This document shows, piece after piece, positions 9,049-18,812 of a DNA stretch of 64,000 nucleotides. This stretch comes from Ignavibacteriota bacterium (GTDB taxonomy: Bacteria; Bacteroidota; Ignavibacteria; UBA10030; UBA6906): NCBI GenBank assembly GCA_963748405.1, contig CAVVIT010000010.1, forward strand, positions 819 through 64,818. The letters run 5' to 3'. The translations under genes and the position numbers were made by a program. Within the stretch, counting starts at the first letter, position 1, and each line of letters starts with the position of its first letter. The notes under the pieces are model-generated. The model did not search any database. It saw only the letters and a program-made list of their open reading frames with translations, and had not been told where the DNA came from.

Positions 9049-10197
9049 ATGACCACACCCGATTCCTCATCCCGCCTCGGCTCACTCGACGCCTTTCGCG
9101 GCGCGACGATCGCCGGCATGATACTCGTCAACAACCCCGGTTCCTGGAACGCCATCTACCCGCAGCTCGAGCACGCGCGGTGGAACGGGTGGACGTTCAC
9201 CGACTGGATATTTCCGTTCTTTCTCTGGATCGTCGGCGTCGCCATGACGCTCTCCTTCCAGAAGAGGAAGGACCGGGGGGAGGACAGCGGCAAGCTCCTC
9301 CTCCACGTCCTCCGCAGGGCCGTGATCATATTCGCGCTGGGGATGTTCCTGAACGGTTTTCCGTTCGGCCTGATCGTCGGGAATTTCTCTCTTGCGACAA
9401 TGCGCATCCCCGGCGTCCTTCAGAGGATTGCCGTCTGCTATCTCATCGCGAGCACGATATTCCTGTATACCGGTATCCGGGCCCAGATCTGGTGGGTGGT
9501 GGGGCTTCTCGCCTCCTACTGGGCCGCCATGATGCTGATCCCCGTCCCGGGATTTGGCGCGGGCGTGCTGGAGCCGACCGGGTGTCTCCCGTGGTACGTC
9601 GATTCTCACCTCCTCGCCGGCCACACCTGGAGCGGCGCACCTGCCCCGGGGTTTGATCCGGAGGGAATCCTGAGCACCATTCCGGCGATCGCGACGACGC
9701 TTCTCGGCATACTCGCTGGCCACTGGCTCCGCACGGGCTATTCCCGGGAAGAGAAGACCGCGTGGATGTTCGTCGTCGGCAACGTCTTCCTCCTTGCAGG
9801 CGCGATCATGGACATCTGGTTTCCGATCAACAAGAACCTCTGGTCCAGCTCGTACGTGGTGTTTATGGCCGGCTGGGCGCTCGTCTGCTTCTCGATGTTC
9901 TACTGGCTGATGGACGTGAAGGGCCACACGAAATGGGCCCGCCCGTTCGTCATCTACGGGATGAACGCGATTGCGGTGTTCGTCCTTTCGGGGATCGTCG
10001 GGCGGCTCCTGACGCTCATTAAATTCACGGGCGCCGACGGCAACCCGGTGACGCTCAAAGGCGTCATCTACAACAATCTGTTCGTCCCCTTCTTCAGCCC
10101 GGTGAACGCGTCGACGCTGTTCGCGATCGCGTTCATCCTGGTGATGTACCTGGTCGTCTGGGCGATGTGGAAGAGAAAGTGGTTCATCAAAGTGTGA
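9049..10197 (+). CDS. HGSNAT/NagX-like (DUF5009/DUF1624) multi-pass membrane N-acetyltransferase
   Basis: RLGSLDAFRG, MILVNNPG, LEHARWNG.TFTD.IFPFFL, GVLQRIA, DPEGILS and PINKNLWSSS. Many hydrophobic helices. Confidence 0.88.
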   Translation: MTTPDSSSRLGSLDAFRGATIAGMILVNNPGSWNAIYPQLEHARWNGWTFTDWIFPFFLWIVGVAMTLSFQKRKDRGEDSGKLLLHVLRRAVIIFALGMFLNGFPFGLIVGNFSLATMRIPGVLQRIAVCYLIASTIFLYTGIRAQIWWVVGLLASYWAAMMLIPVPGFGAGVLEPTGCLPWYVDSHLLAGHTWSGAPAPGFDPEGILSTIPAIATTLLGILAGHWLRTGYSREEKTAWMFVVGNVFLLAGAIMDIWFPINKNLWSSSYVVFMAGWALVCFSMFYWLMDVKGHTKWARPFVIYGMNAIAVFVLSGIVGRLLTLIKFTGADGNPVTLKGVIYNNLFVPFFSPVNASTLFAIAFILVMYLVVWAMWKRKWFIKV

Positions 10198-10215
10198 ACG
10201 ACCGGAGAAATCCCG

Positions 10216-11970
10216 ATGACAATGTCGATTAACCGCTGCGGGCGCGTTGCGGCCGGCACACGGACGCTTGCGCTCATGTGTGTCCTGGCGCTCGCGGGAA
10301 CATTCCCCGCCCGTGCTGATGTCATGGCCGAGCTGCGCGCGCTCAACGCGCGGTTCGGCGGGCACCTGGGACTGATGGCGAAGAACCTGTCCACGGGGGA
10401 AACGATTGCGTACAACGCTGCGGACCGCTTTCCCACCGCGAGCACGATCAAGCTCCCGGTGATGACGGCGTATTTCGACATGGTGAGGAAGAAGGAGATC
10501 GATCCCGCGATGCGGATCACGCTCCGCGCGGAGGACAAGAAGCCCGGGTCGGGCGTTCTGCAGTTCCTGGACGACGGTGCGGTCATCACGCTCCGGGACG
10601 CCGTGACGCTCATGATCACCATGAGCGACAACACCGGCACGAATCTCGTCCTTGACCGCCTCGCCCCGACGCACCAGGCTCGGCTCGCGAAGGTCAACGA
10701 CTTCATCGCCTCGCAGGGACTGAAGAACACACGCATACTCAACCGCCTGTTCACGCTCGAGACGAAACAGGAGACCCCGGAGGCGATGCGCTTCGGGATC
10801 GGTGTGGCGACCCCGGAAGACATGGCCCTCCTGATGGAGAAGCTGTACGACGGGTCCCTGTGCGATTCCGCGTCCTGTGCGTCGATGATAGGGATCCTGG
10901 AGAACCAGTTCTACTCCGACATGGTCCCGCGCCTCCTCCCGCAGGGGGAGTGCAGGACGTTTGCGGTTGCCCACAAGACCGGGAGCATCACCGAAACCAA
11001 AGCCGACGTCGCCCTTGTTCTTACTGACAGGGTGAAGTTCGCCATCGCGGTGTATGTCGACAAGTCGCCCGACCACCAGGACGACAACGCGGATGCCGCG
11101 ACGCTGCTCGGCGCCTATGCCGCCCGGGCGGTCTGGAACCAGTTCACGGGGATGACGGGATACGACAGGGGAACGGTCAACACCTCCGATGTCGATTGGA
11201 CGACGTTCAAGGGGGGAAAGTGGGGGATTTACCGCTCCGCAGCCGCCCCGTTCCCGCATCCCGCGCGCATGGAGGGATATAAGGGAAGCGACGGGACGGT
11301 GTACCCGTATTTCCCGAATTACGCCGACAGCAGCATCGTCGTCTTCGTCCCTGAGGGGTTCCACGAGACCGACGGCGGCGCGAACGTGATCGTGCATTTT
11401 CACGGCCACATGAACGACGACGTGGACGTCCTGGAGCAGTATGGCCTCCCCCAGTCGATGATCGCGCAGAAGACGAACGCGCTCCTGGTGATCCCCCAGG
11501 GGCCGTACAGGGCAAGGGACTCGTTCGGGGGCAAGATGGAGGACGAGGGGGGGTTCCGCAGGCTGGTGGAAGACGTGATGGCGACGATGAAGAAAGAGAA
11601 GGTCGTGACCTCCACGGACGTCGCACGCGTGATCGTCACCGCCCACAGCGGCGGCTACCGTCCTGCCGGGTTCGTGCTGGACCGGGGAGGGATGTCGGAC
11701 CTGATCACGCACGTGTTCCTCTTCGACGCTCTGTACGGACAGCACGAGTATTTCCGCGACTGGCTTCTGAAGGGGAAAGGGATCATCAGGGCCGCCTACA
11801 CGGACCATCTTGCGAAGGAACACGCCGATGTCGCGGCAAGCGTCGCCGCGGCGGGCTCGCGCTGGTCGATGACCCCCGCGGGGGTCGAGCACGATAGGGT
11901 GCCGAATGTCTTTTTTGCCCGGTGGCTCTCGGAGCTTCCGGCAGTATGGAAAATCACAACGAAGGAGTGA
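10216..11970 (+). CDS. Secreted class A beta-lactamase-fold serine hydrolase (PBP-like) fused to a C-terminal alpha/beta hydrolase
   Basis: SxxK (STIK), SDN and KTG in the N-terminal half. VHFHGH, AHSGG nucleophile elbow, LFDALYG and a late His in the C-terminal half. Confidence 0.8.
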   Translation: MTMSINRCGRVAAGTRTLALMCVLALAGTFPARADVMAELRALNARFGGHLGLMAKNLSTGETIAYNAADRFPTASTIKLPVMTAYFDMVRKKEIDPAMRITLRAEDKKPGSGVLQFLDDGAVITLRDAVTLMITMSDNTGTNLVLDRLAPTHQARLAKVNDFIASQGLKNTRILNRLFTLETKQETPEAMRFGIGVATPEDMALLMEKLYDGSLCDSASCASMIGILENQFYSDMVPRLLPQGECRTFAVAHKTGSITETKADVALVLTDRVKFAIAVYVDKSPDHQDDNADAATLLGAYAARAVWNQFTGMTGYDRGTVNTSDVDWTTFKGGKWGIYRSAAAPFPHPARMEGYKGSDGTVYPYFPNYADSSIVVFVPEGFHETDGGANVIVHFHGHMNDDVDVLEQYGLPQSMIAQKTNALLVIPQGPYRARDSFGGKMEDEGGFRRLVEDVMATMKKEKVVTSTDVARVIVTAHSGGYRPAGFVLDRGGMSDLITHVFLFDALYGQHEYFRDWLLKGKGIIRAAYTDHLAKEHADVAASVAAAGSRWSMTPAGVEHDRVPNVFFARWLSELPAVWKITTKE

Positions 11971-11983
11971 CACGACAGACTCT

Positions 11984-14344
11984 ATGGCGAACCTCAGGCA
12001 GTATGACGGGACATCCCGTATAGAAGAGATGGAGCTCCAGCGGAGCGGACGCAAAGCGATGTATGCACCCACGGAGAAGATCGGCATCGTGGAAGTGGCG
12101 AACTTCCCCCAGCTCGGGAAACTCACCGCGCTCCGGTTCATCGAATGGGTGACGAAAAACCCCGGGGGGGTGATATCGCTCCCCACGGGAAAAACGCCCG
12201 AGCATTTCATCAAATGGGTTACGCGCATCCTGGAGCGGTGGGAGACGAAGGACATCCAGACCATTCTTGCGGCCGCGGAGATCGACGGGTCGAAGCCGCC
12301 GGACATGAGGTCGCTCAGTTTCGTCCAGATCGACGAATTCTACCCGATCAACGCCGCGCAGCACAACAGCTTCCACTGGTACGTCAACGAATTTTACATC
12401 AAGGGGTTCGGACTCACCCCGTCGAAGGCCCTCCTCATCAACGCCACGTCCCTGGGGCTCCCCCCGGGCAAGACGATGGAGGAGGTGTTCCCCAACAGCG
12501 TCGTCGATCTCTCGCTCCGCGTCAGGCAGTGCCGCTCGGAGCTCGAGCTCCTGCAGAAGGACGTCATCAACCGCGTGGACGAATTCTGCATGGAATACGA
12601 GACGAAAATCCGCGACATGGGGGGGATCGGATTCTTCCTGGGCGGGATCGGGCCCGACGGGCACATCGCGTTCAACGTGCGCGGCTCGAGCGTCTATTCG
12701 GTGACGCGCCTGACGGGGACCAACTACGAGACGCAGGCGGCCGCCGCCACCGACCTGGGGGGAATCGAGATCTCCCGGACACGCCTCGTGATCACGATCG
12801 GGCTGTCGACGATCACTTACAATCCCGGGGCCGTCGCGATCATCATTGCGGCCGGGGACGCGAAGGCGGCGATCGTCCGTCTCGCGGTCGAGAATGACAA
12901 GGGGCCCCAGTACCCCGCCTCCGTGCTCCAGGATCTTCCCAACGCGCGGTTCTACCTCACGCGGGGGGCCGCAAGCCTGCTGACCGAGCGGCAGTTCGAG
13001 GACTTCTGCAGGGAGACCACGCTCACGCCTGAGCGCTCCGAGGATGTCGTGACGACGCTTGCCATCACGTCGGGAAAGCAGCTCGTCCAGCTCACGAAGG
13101 AGGATTTTGAGGGGGACCGCTTCGCCTCCGAGCTCCTGCGCAAGAGCGGGAAGAAGCCCGTCGAGCTCGCCACGGAAGCCCGCAACAGGATCATCGGAAA
13201 GATCGAAAAGGGGCTCGAGCACGTCTCGGATACGACGTTCCTGCACACCGAGCCGCACCACGACGACATCATGCTCGGGTATCTCGCGCATATCTACCAC
13301 CTGGTGCGCGATCCGAGCAACAAACACTTCTTCGCCAACCTGACATCCGGCTTCACGTCGGTCTCGAACCCGTATTTTCTCTCGATCCTCGTCAAGCTCG
13401 AGAGCCACCTGGAAACCGGCAACCTCTTCGCGCTTCTTTCACGGGGGTACTTTGATTCGCACGAGAACGCCGCCCGGATGGAGGACGTCTACCTCTACCT
13501 TGACGGGGCCGCGGCGAACAGCCAGGAAATGAAGGACGAGGCGGAAGCGCGCCGCCTGCTCCGCAATCTCGTCGGACTGTACCAGACGCACGACCTCCAC
13601 ACGCTGCGCAACCGGGTCCAGGAGCTCATCAGCTACTGCCGCTCGCAGTACAGCGGCGCCAAGGATCCCCAGCAGGTGCAGCTCCTCAAGGGGATGACCC
13701 GCGAATGGGAAGTCGAGCTTCTCTGGGCGTATTTCGGCATCGAGTCGTACGCGATCCATCCGCTCAGGCTCGGGTTCTACACGGGAGACATATTCTCGCC
13801 CGAGCCCGAGGTCCACAGGGACGTCGTGCCGATATTCGAGCTGATCAGCAAGGTCCGGCCGAACGTGGTCTCCGTCGCGTTCGATCCGGAAGGGAGCGGG
13901 CCCGACACGCACTACAAGGCCCTTCAGGCCGTGGCCGAGGCGCTCAAGCTCTACGAGAAAGAGAGCGGCGATTCCAACCTGCGGGTGTGGGGATACAGGA
14001 ACGTCTGGTACAGGTACCGCCCGGCGGAAGCCAACCTGTTCGTCCCGGTGTCGATTAATTCGATCACGATGCTCCACACGGCGTTCATGAACTGCTTCGG
14101 CTCGCAGAGCGCGGCATCGTTCCCGAGCTACGAGCACGACGGGCCGTTTTCCGAGCTCGCGCAGAAGATCCAGGTCGGACAGTACGGGATGATCAAGACG
14201 ATCCTCGGGAAGGACTTCTTCTTGAAGAACGGGCATCCGAGGATGCGCGCCGCGCGCGGGATGATATTCCTCAGGGAGATGGCTCTCGCCGAGTTCTATG
14301 AAATGGTCAGGGAGCTCAAGAAAGTCACCGAGGACCGTGGCTGA
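11984..14344 (+). CDS. nagB: Glucosamine-6-phosphate deaminase (long form) fused to a PIG-L/LmbE-like deacetylase domain
   Basis: ISLPTGKTP, VQIDEFYP and FLGGIGPDGHIAFN (NagB). HTEPHHDD and DPEGSGPDTH (PIG-L-like). Start set at ATG 11984, after AAGGAG. Confidence 0.82.
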   Translation: MANLRQYDGTSRIEEMELQRSGRKAMYAPTEKIGIVEVANFPQLGKLTALRFIEWVTKNPGGVISLPTGKTPEHFIKWVTRILERWETKDIQTILAAAEIDGSKPPDMRSLSFVQIDEFYPINAAQHNSFHWYVNEFYIKGFGLTPSKALLINATSLGLPPGKTMEEVFPNSVVDLSLRVRQCRSELELLQKDVINRVDEFCMEYETKIRDMGGIGFFLGGIGPDGHIAFNVRGSSVYSVTRLTGTNYETQAAAATDLGGIEISRTRLVITIGLSTITYNPGAVAIIIAAGDAKAAIVRLAVENDKGPQYPASVLQDLPNARFYLTRGAASLLTERQFEDFCRETTLTPERSEDVVTTLAITSGKQLVQLTKEDFEGDRFASELLRKSGKKPVELATEARNRIIGKIEKGLEHVSDTTFLHTEPHHDDIMLGYLAHIYHLVRDPSNKHFFANLTSGFTSVSNPYFLSILVKLESHLETGNLFALLSRGYFDSHENAARMEDVYLYLDGAAANSQEMKDEAEARRLLRNLVGLYQTHDLHTLRNRVQELISYCRSQYSGAKDPQQVQLLKGMTREWEVELLWAYFGIESYAIHPLRLGFYTGDIFSPEPEVHRDVVPIFELISKVRPNVVSVAFDPEGSGPDTHYKALQAVAEALKLYEKESGDSNLRVWGYRNVWYRYRPAEANLFVPVSINSITMLHTAFMNCFGSQSAASFPSYEHDGPFSELAQKIQVGQYGMIKTILGKDFFLKNGHPRMRAARGMIFLREMALAEFYEMVRELKKVTEDRG

Positions 14345-14350
14345 ACCGTC

Positions 14351-14395
14351 TGTCGTTGCGAGTGGTGGCGCCGCAGGCGCCACCCGAAGCAACGT
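14351..14395 (+). repeat. TGTC-tagged palindromic repeat, copy 3
   Basis: TGTCGTTGCGAGT-GGTGGCGCC-GCA-GGCGCCACC-CGAAGCAACGT, 6 nt after stop 14344. Confidence 0.8.
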
Positions 14396-14416
14396 GTTTT
14401 TTCCAGGAGAGTAGGT

Positions 14417-15334
14417 ATGCGCAGCATCATAGCACTGCTCCTCATCGTCTGTTCTCTCCCGCTGGAGGCCCAGATCAGCGTGGTGAGCGTCAGGACGCTC
14501 CCCGTCGGGAGCGACCATGCCTGGTCCGCGCCCCGATGGTCGCCCGACGGAAAGACGGTCTACTATACAACCCCGGATTTTGACGGCATATGGGCTTGTC
14601 CGGCTTCCGGAGGGACACCCGTTCAGATAACATCCGACAGAGGAGCGGGGTACGGCTTTGCGATATCGGCCGACGGTTCCCGGATCGCCTGGCGCAGGAC
14701 GCTTCCGGGTGTCCTGCCGGGTGAGCGGCTGCAGGAAGTCGTCGCCAGGGATCTTGCCGGCGGCACCCCGTCTGTTCTTGCCTCGGGAAAATCCCTCTCT
14801 GTCCCTTCATTCGTCAGCGCGGGCGTCGTGTTCACGCTCGGCGGCGATGTTCAGGGCGTGAAGGCGGGCGTGCAGCCTTCGGGCGTCGTGTCGGTCCTCG
14901 GCGTTGAGGACACGAAGATCGCGCTGCTGCGCGACGGTGCAAAGCTCCTCGTCGATCCGCTCGGTAACGGGAGCTACATCTGGCCCTCGCTCTCTCCCGA
15001 CGGCTCGAAGCTCGCAGCGTACGAGATGGACAGGGGGACATTCATCGCCGACGCCGACGGGAGCCATCCTCTGAAGATAGGCCGCCGGGATGCGCCGGCC
15101 TGGACGCGCGACGGAAAGTGGCTCATCTATATGGCGGACAAGGACGACGGCCACGCCGTCAAGTCTTCGGGAATAGCGTTCGTGTCCCCCGACGGAAAGA
15201 CGGAAGGTGACCTCACGTCTGCTTCTCACATCAACGGGATGTTCCCCCAGTGTTCCCCGGTGAGCGACGAGATCGTGTGCAGCACGCTTGAAGGGGCAAT
15301 CCTCGTGATATCGTACGCCGAAACTCCCCGATGA
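14417..15334 (+). CDS. Secreted TolB-like (PD40/WD40-like) beta-propeller protein
   Basis: AGGAG RBS and signal peptide. PRWSPDGK, ISADGSRIAW, PSLSPDGSKLA and PAWTRDGKWL repeats. Confidence 0.82.
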   Translation: MRSIIALLLIVCSLPLEAQISVVSVRTLPVGSDHAWSAPRWSPDGKTVYYTTPDFDGIWACPASGGTPVQITSDRGAGYGFAISADGSRIAWRRTLPGVLPGERLQEVVARDLAGGTPSVLASGKSLSVPSFVSAGVVFTLGGDVQGVKAGVQPSGVVSVLGVEDTKIALLRDGAKLLVDPLGNGSYIWPSLSPDGSKLAAYEMDRGTFIADADGSHPLKIGRRDAPAWTRDGKWLIYMADKDDGHAVKSSGIAFVSPDGKTEGDLTSASHINGMFPQCSPVSDEIVCSTLEGAILVISYAETPR

Positions 15335-17865
15335 CCAGGCGCATCGCCCTGATATGCTGTATCGCCTTCTTCGCGGGCGCAGCGCTCGCGCAGCGGGCCG
15401 ATCTGTCCGGATTGAAATTCTGCATCGACCCGGGACACGGCGGTTACTCGAGCGACGACAGGAATGTCCAGCCCGATCCCGGCGTCAATTTCTGGGAGTC
15501 GGAAAGCAACTTCGAGAAGGCGCTTCTCCTCAGGGCCCTCCTCTGGCAGCAGGGGGCGACGGTCATACTGACGCGGACGTCGAACGACACCACGTATCCC
15601 GACGGAAACGACGAGCCGAGCCTCACCGCGCGATGGACGCTCGCCAACGCCAACAACGTCGACTGGTTCCATTCGATACACTCCAATGCGAGCGGCCTGG
15701 CGAACAACACGAGCATCAACTACACGCTGATGCTCGTGAAGGAGAACATCCCGACGCGCACGGCCGCGTTTCCGCAGGACGTGACGATGTCGAACCTGAT
15801 CGGGCCGGCCATACAGGGGATGCTCAGGACGAGCACCACGAGCACGTGGCTGGACTACACGTTTTACGGCGGCCCGGCGGGGGGGTACAATCTCGGCGTC
15901 CTGAGCGGCCTGCTGATGCCCGGGGAGCTCTCGGAGGGCTCGTTCCACGACTTCTACCCGGAGTGCAGGCGCCTCCTGAACAACGACTACCACAAGATGG
16001 AAGCATACGCCATCCGGAACGGCTTCATGCAGTACTTCGGCGTCCCCGCCGATCCCCGAAGCATCATCGCGGGAATCCAGACCGATGCCGCCGGCGGGGC
16101 TCCCGTGAACTACACCCGCGTGAGGCTCCTTCCTTCGAACCGGGTATACAGGGGCGATCAGTTTAAGAATGGTTTCTACATGTTCGACAGCCTCGCCGCG
16201 GGATCCTATACCGTCAGGTTCGAGACTCCCGGGTACAGGGTGGATTCCGCCGCGGTCCTCGTGGGGACCGGTGCAACGGTCTTCCTTGACCGCACGCTGC
16301 AATCGACCGGGCTCCCGATCGTGCAGTCAACGAATCTGGCAAACGGCGATACGGCCGTCAACCCGAAAACGGTGATCTGGATCAGTTTCTCCGCGCCTAT
16401 GGACACGGCGTCCGTCCGGGCGGCATTTTCGATTACCCCCTCCGTGACGGGAACTCTCTCGTGGGACCCGACAAATTCGGCACTGACGTTCGCGCCGGTC
16501 GCTCCACTCCCGTTCCTTGTCAATTTTACGGTAAAGATCGATTCGAATGCCCGCAGCGCATCCGGCCAGCCGATTGACGGGACAGGCGCAGGGATTCCCG
16601 GGACGCCGTTCATTCTCGGCTTCCGGACGAAAGTCGTGCGGTTGGCTCCGCCGGCAATCGTCTCGCGGTACCCGGATTCCGCGATGACGGTCCCGACCCA
16701 GTACAACACGGTCAACATCACGTTTGATGAGGAGCTGGACGGGTCGACGGTCACGACGGCAAATTTCAGGATCGGCAAGATCGGCGGTCTCCCCTCGCTC
16801 GCCCGGACCATCTCCTACTTCCCGACACTCACCCGGAGCGGTGTCAACATATTTGTCACGGGGGGACTGGAGCCCGGCGCATCGTACACGGTGAGCGTGA
16901 GCGGCGTGAAGGATATGACGGGGAATGTCATCCCGATAACCTCGCCGGTCATCTGGTCATTTTCCGTCCAGCCTTCGTCGCGGGTCGTCGCGACGATTGA
17001 TTCGTTCGAAACGCCCCCCGTGGAGTGGAAACAGCCGATGACGGCATCCTACACGACGGGCGTCGACACGGCGTCGTTCGACTACATCTCGGGCCCGGCG
17101 CTGCCTGCCATGCCGGGCCAGCCCGAGGCCGGATTCCTCAGGTACGCGTGGGACACGACGGCATCGTCCTGGCTCCTGCGCGTGCCGCTCGATACTCTGG
17201 CGCCGCAGCGTTCGGTCCTCTTCCAGAAGCTGGGGACTGTGCTCGAAGCGTTCCTGTTCTGCGACGGCGGCCAGAGCCAGTTCCGGTTCGGCGTCGAGGA
17301 CAGCGTCGATATCTATCCCGAGGGGAGACCCCGGAACCATAAAGTGAGCCGGTGGTACCCGATCAACTGGGTGGGGTGGCGGCTCGTGGAATGGGATCTT
17401 GCGAACGATACCGTCGGCTCCTGGCTGGGCGGTCCGTCACTGGGCGGTCAAATCCGATTTGACGCGCTCCAGCTCCGCTATGTCCCCGGTGTGAGCGCGC
17501 AATCGGGTTGGGTCCTTTTCGATCAGCTCCAGGTTGCCCGGGCCGTGATCGTCTCCGTTCCCCCGGCGGGCCCCGCGATTCCCGCGGCGTACGCACTCAG
17601 CCAGAACTACCCGAACCCGTTCAATCCGTCGACGGTCATCGCCTACCGGGTCCCGGCCGAGGCTCGCGTCTCCCTGAAAGTGTACGACCTGCTCGGGCAG
17701 AAGGTCGCGACGCTCGTGGACGGGCCGGTTGCGGCCGGTGCGCATTCGGCGGTGTGGAACGCGTCGTCATTCGGAAGCGGCGTCTACTTCGTCCGGATGA
17801 TCGCCTCAGATGCCCGGGGCGGGATCCGTTTTGCAGGGACAACCAAAGTCGAACTTCTGAAGTAA
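15331..17865 (+). CDS. N-acetylmuramoyl-L-alanine amidase (Amidase_3) with Ig-like domains and T9SS CTD
   Basis: CIDPGHGG, ESESN, LTRT, SIHSNA and ELSEGSF zinc-amidase motifs. Big_5-like FSAPMD and FDEELD domains. [16 protein letters not shown] overlap. Confidence 0.88.
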   Translation: MTRRIALICCIAFFAGAALAQRADLSGLKFCIDPGHGGYSSDDRNVQPDPGVNFWESESNFEKALLLRALLWQQGATVILTRTSNDTTYPDGNDEPSLTARWTLANANNVDWFHSIHSNASGLANNTSINYTLMLVKENIPTRTAAFPQDVTMSNLIGPAIQGMLRTSTTSTWLDYTFYGGPAGGYNLGVLSGLLMPGELSEGSFHDFYPECRRLLNNDYHKMEAYAIRNGFMQYFGVPADPRSIIAGIQTDAAGGAPVNYTRVRLLPSNRVYRGDQFKNGFYMFDSLAAGSYTVRFETPGYRVDSAAVLVGTGATVFLDRTLQSTGLPIVQSTNLANGDTAVNPKTVIWISFSAPMDTASVRAAFSITPSVTGTLSWDPTNSALTFAPVAPLPFLVNFTVKIDSNARSASGQPIDGTGAGIPGTPFILGFRTKVVRLAPPAIVSRYPDSAMTVPTQYNTVNITFDEELDGSTVTTANFRIGKIGGLPSLARTISYFPTLTRSGVNIFVTGGLEPGASYTVSVSGVKDMTGNVIPITSPVIWSFSVQPSSRVVATIDSFETPPVEWKQPMTASYTTGVDTASFDYISGPALPAMPGQPEAGFLRYAWDTTASSWLLRVPLDTLAPQRSVLFQKLGTVLEAFLFCDGGQSQFRFGVEDSVDIYPEGRPRNHKVSRWYPINWVGWRLVEWDLANDTVGSWLGGPSLGGQIRFDALQLRYVPGVSAQSGWVLFDQLQVARAVIVSVPPAGPAIPAAYALSQNYPNPFNPSTVIAYRVPAEARVSLKVYDLLGQKVATLVDGPVAAGAHSAVWNASSFGSGVYFVRMIASDARGGIRFAGTTKVELLK

Positions 17866-17870
17866 TCGCA

Positions 17871-18809
17871 TTGGCACACCATTCTCTTGTGCTCGGGGTT
17901 GACGGCGGCGGCACCAAGACTCAGGGCCTCCTTGCCGACGGCGCCGGCACGGTCCTCGCGCGCGGCAGGGGAAACGGTTCGAATCAGAACGTGATCGGCA
18001 TCGACAACGCCGCGCTCAATCTCGCCGAGCTCATCGTCAGTCTCGCGAAAACCGCCGCCCGTCCCGTTTCCGACATCGGTTCCGCCGTGCTGGGACTCGC
18101 AGGCGCGGGATCCGCCAGGGATCGCCAGGTTCTCACGGAGGCCGTCCACGCGAGGCTTCGCGCGATGGACCTGCCCGCTGTTCCCATTACCATACAGACC
18201 GACGGTCGCGTCGCGCTTGAAGGAGCGTTCAACGGTGGTCCCGGGGTCGTCGCCGTCGCAGGGACCGGCTCCGTCGTCATGGGGAAATCTCCCGGCGGCG
18301 AGACGCTTTCGATCGGCGGCTGGGGGAGAGTGATCGGAGACGAAGGGAGCGGGTATTTCATCGGCCTGGAGGCCATCAAGGCCGTTTCAAGGGAGATCGA
18401 CGGCAGGGGGGAGGCCGGCCGGCTCCGTGTTGCCCTCTCTTCCCGGTTCGGACTCGAGACCCGCGAGCGTTTCATCGCCGCCGTCTACAGGGAGAAGTTC
18501 GATATCCCCTCGATCGCCCCTGCGGTTCTCGAAGCCGCTGAAGCCGGGGATGCGGTGGCCCTGGGCATACTTTCCCGCGCCTCCGGCGCGCTTGCTCTCC
18601 AGGTCGTTGCCGCCATCGACCGGCTCGGCATGCGGGGCGGGGCCGGCGTCGTGATGATCGGCGGCCTGATCGACCACGAGTCGATATATTCGCTCATGCT
18701 CGCGGCGGAGATCAGGAAATCCGTCCCCGCGGCAAACTTCCACGCACCGATGAACGGACCGGCGCACGGCGCCCTCCTGCTGGCGATTGCCGGCCTGAAG
18801 GGGGATTGA
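17871..18809 (+). CDS. BadF/BadG/BcrA/BcrD-type sugar kinase (MurK / GlcNAc-MurNAc kinase-like)
   Basis: LGVDGGGTKT, GLAGA, VAGTGS and GGWGRVIGDEGSGYFIG. TTG start inferred 5 nt after the upstream stop. Confidence 0.85.
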   Translation: MAHHSLVLGVDGGGTKTQGLLADGAGTVLARGRGNGSNQNVIGIDNAALNLAELIVSLAKTAARPVSDIGSAVLGLAGAGSARDRQVLTEAVHARLRAMDLPAVPITIQTDGRVALEGAFNGGPGVVAVAGTGSVVMGKSPGGETLSIGGWGRVIGDEGSGYFIGLEAIKAVSREIDGRGEAGRLRVALSSRFGLETRERFIAAVYREKFDIPSIAPAVLEAAEAGDAVALGILSRASGALALQVVAAIDRLGMRGGAGVVMIGGLIDHESIYSLMLAAEIRKSVPAANFHAPMNGPAHGALLLAIAGLKGD

Positions 18810-18812
18810 CGG

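Noticed and set aside
9082-12306. 1074-aa minus-strand ORF and other long antisense ORFs (4281-6650, 19005-21002, 23119-25065, 44226-46358, 47135-49456)
   Set aside because: They mirror well-supported plus-strand genes, lack family motifs and are rich in R/G/P/D/H. This is the expected shadow of GC-rich codon usage.
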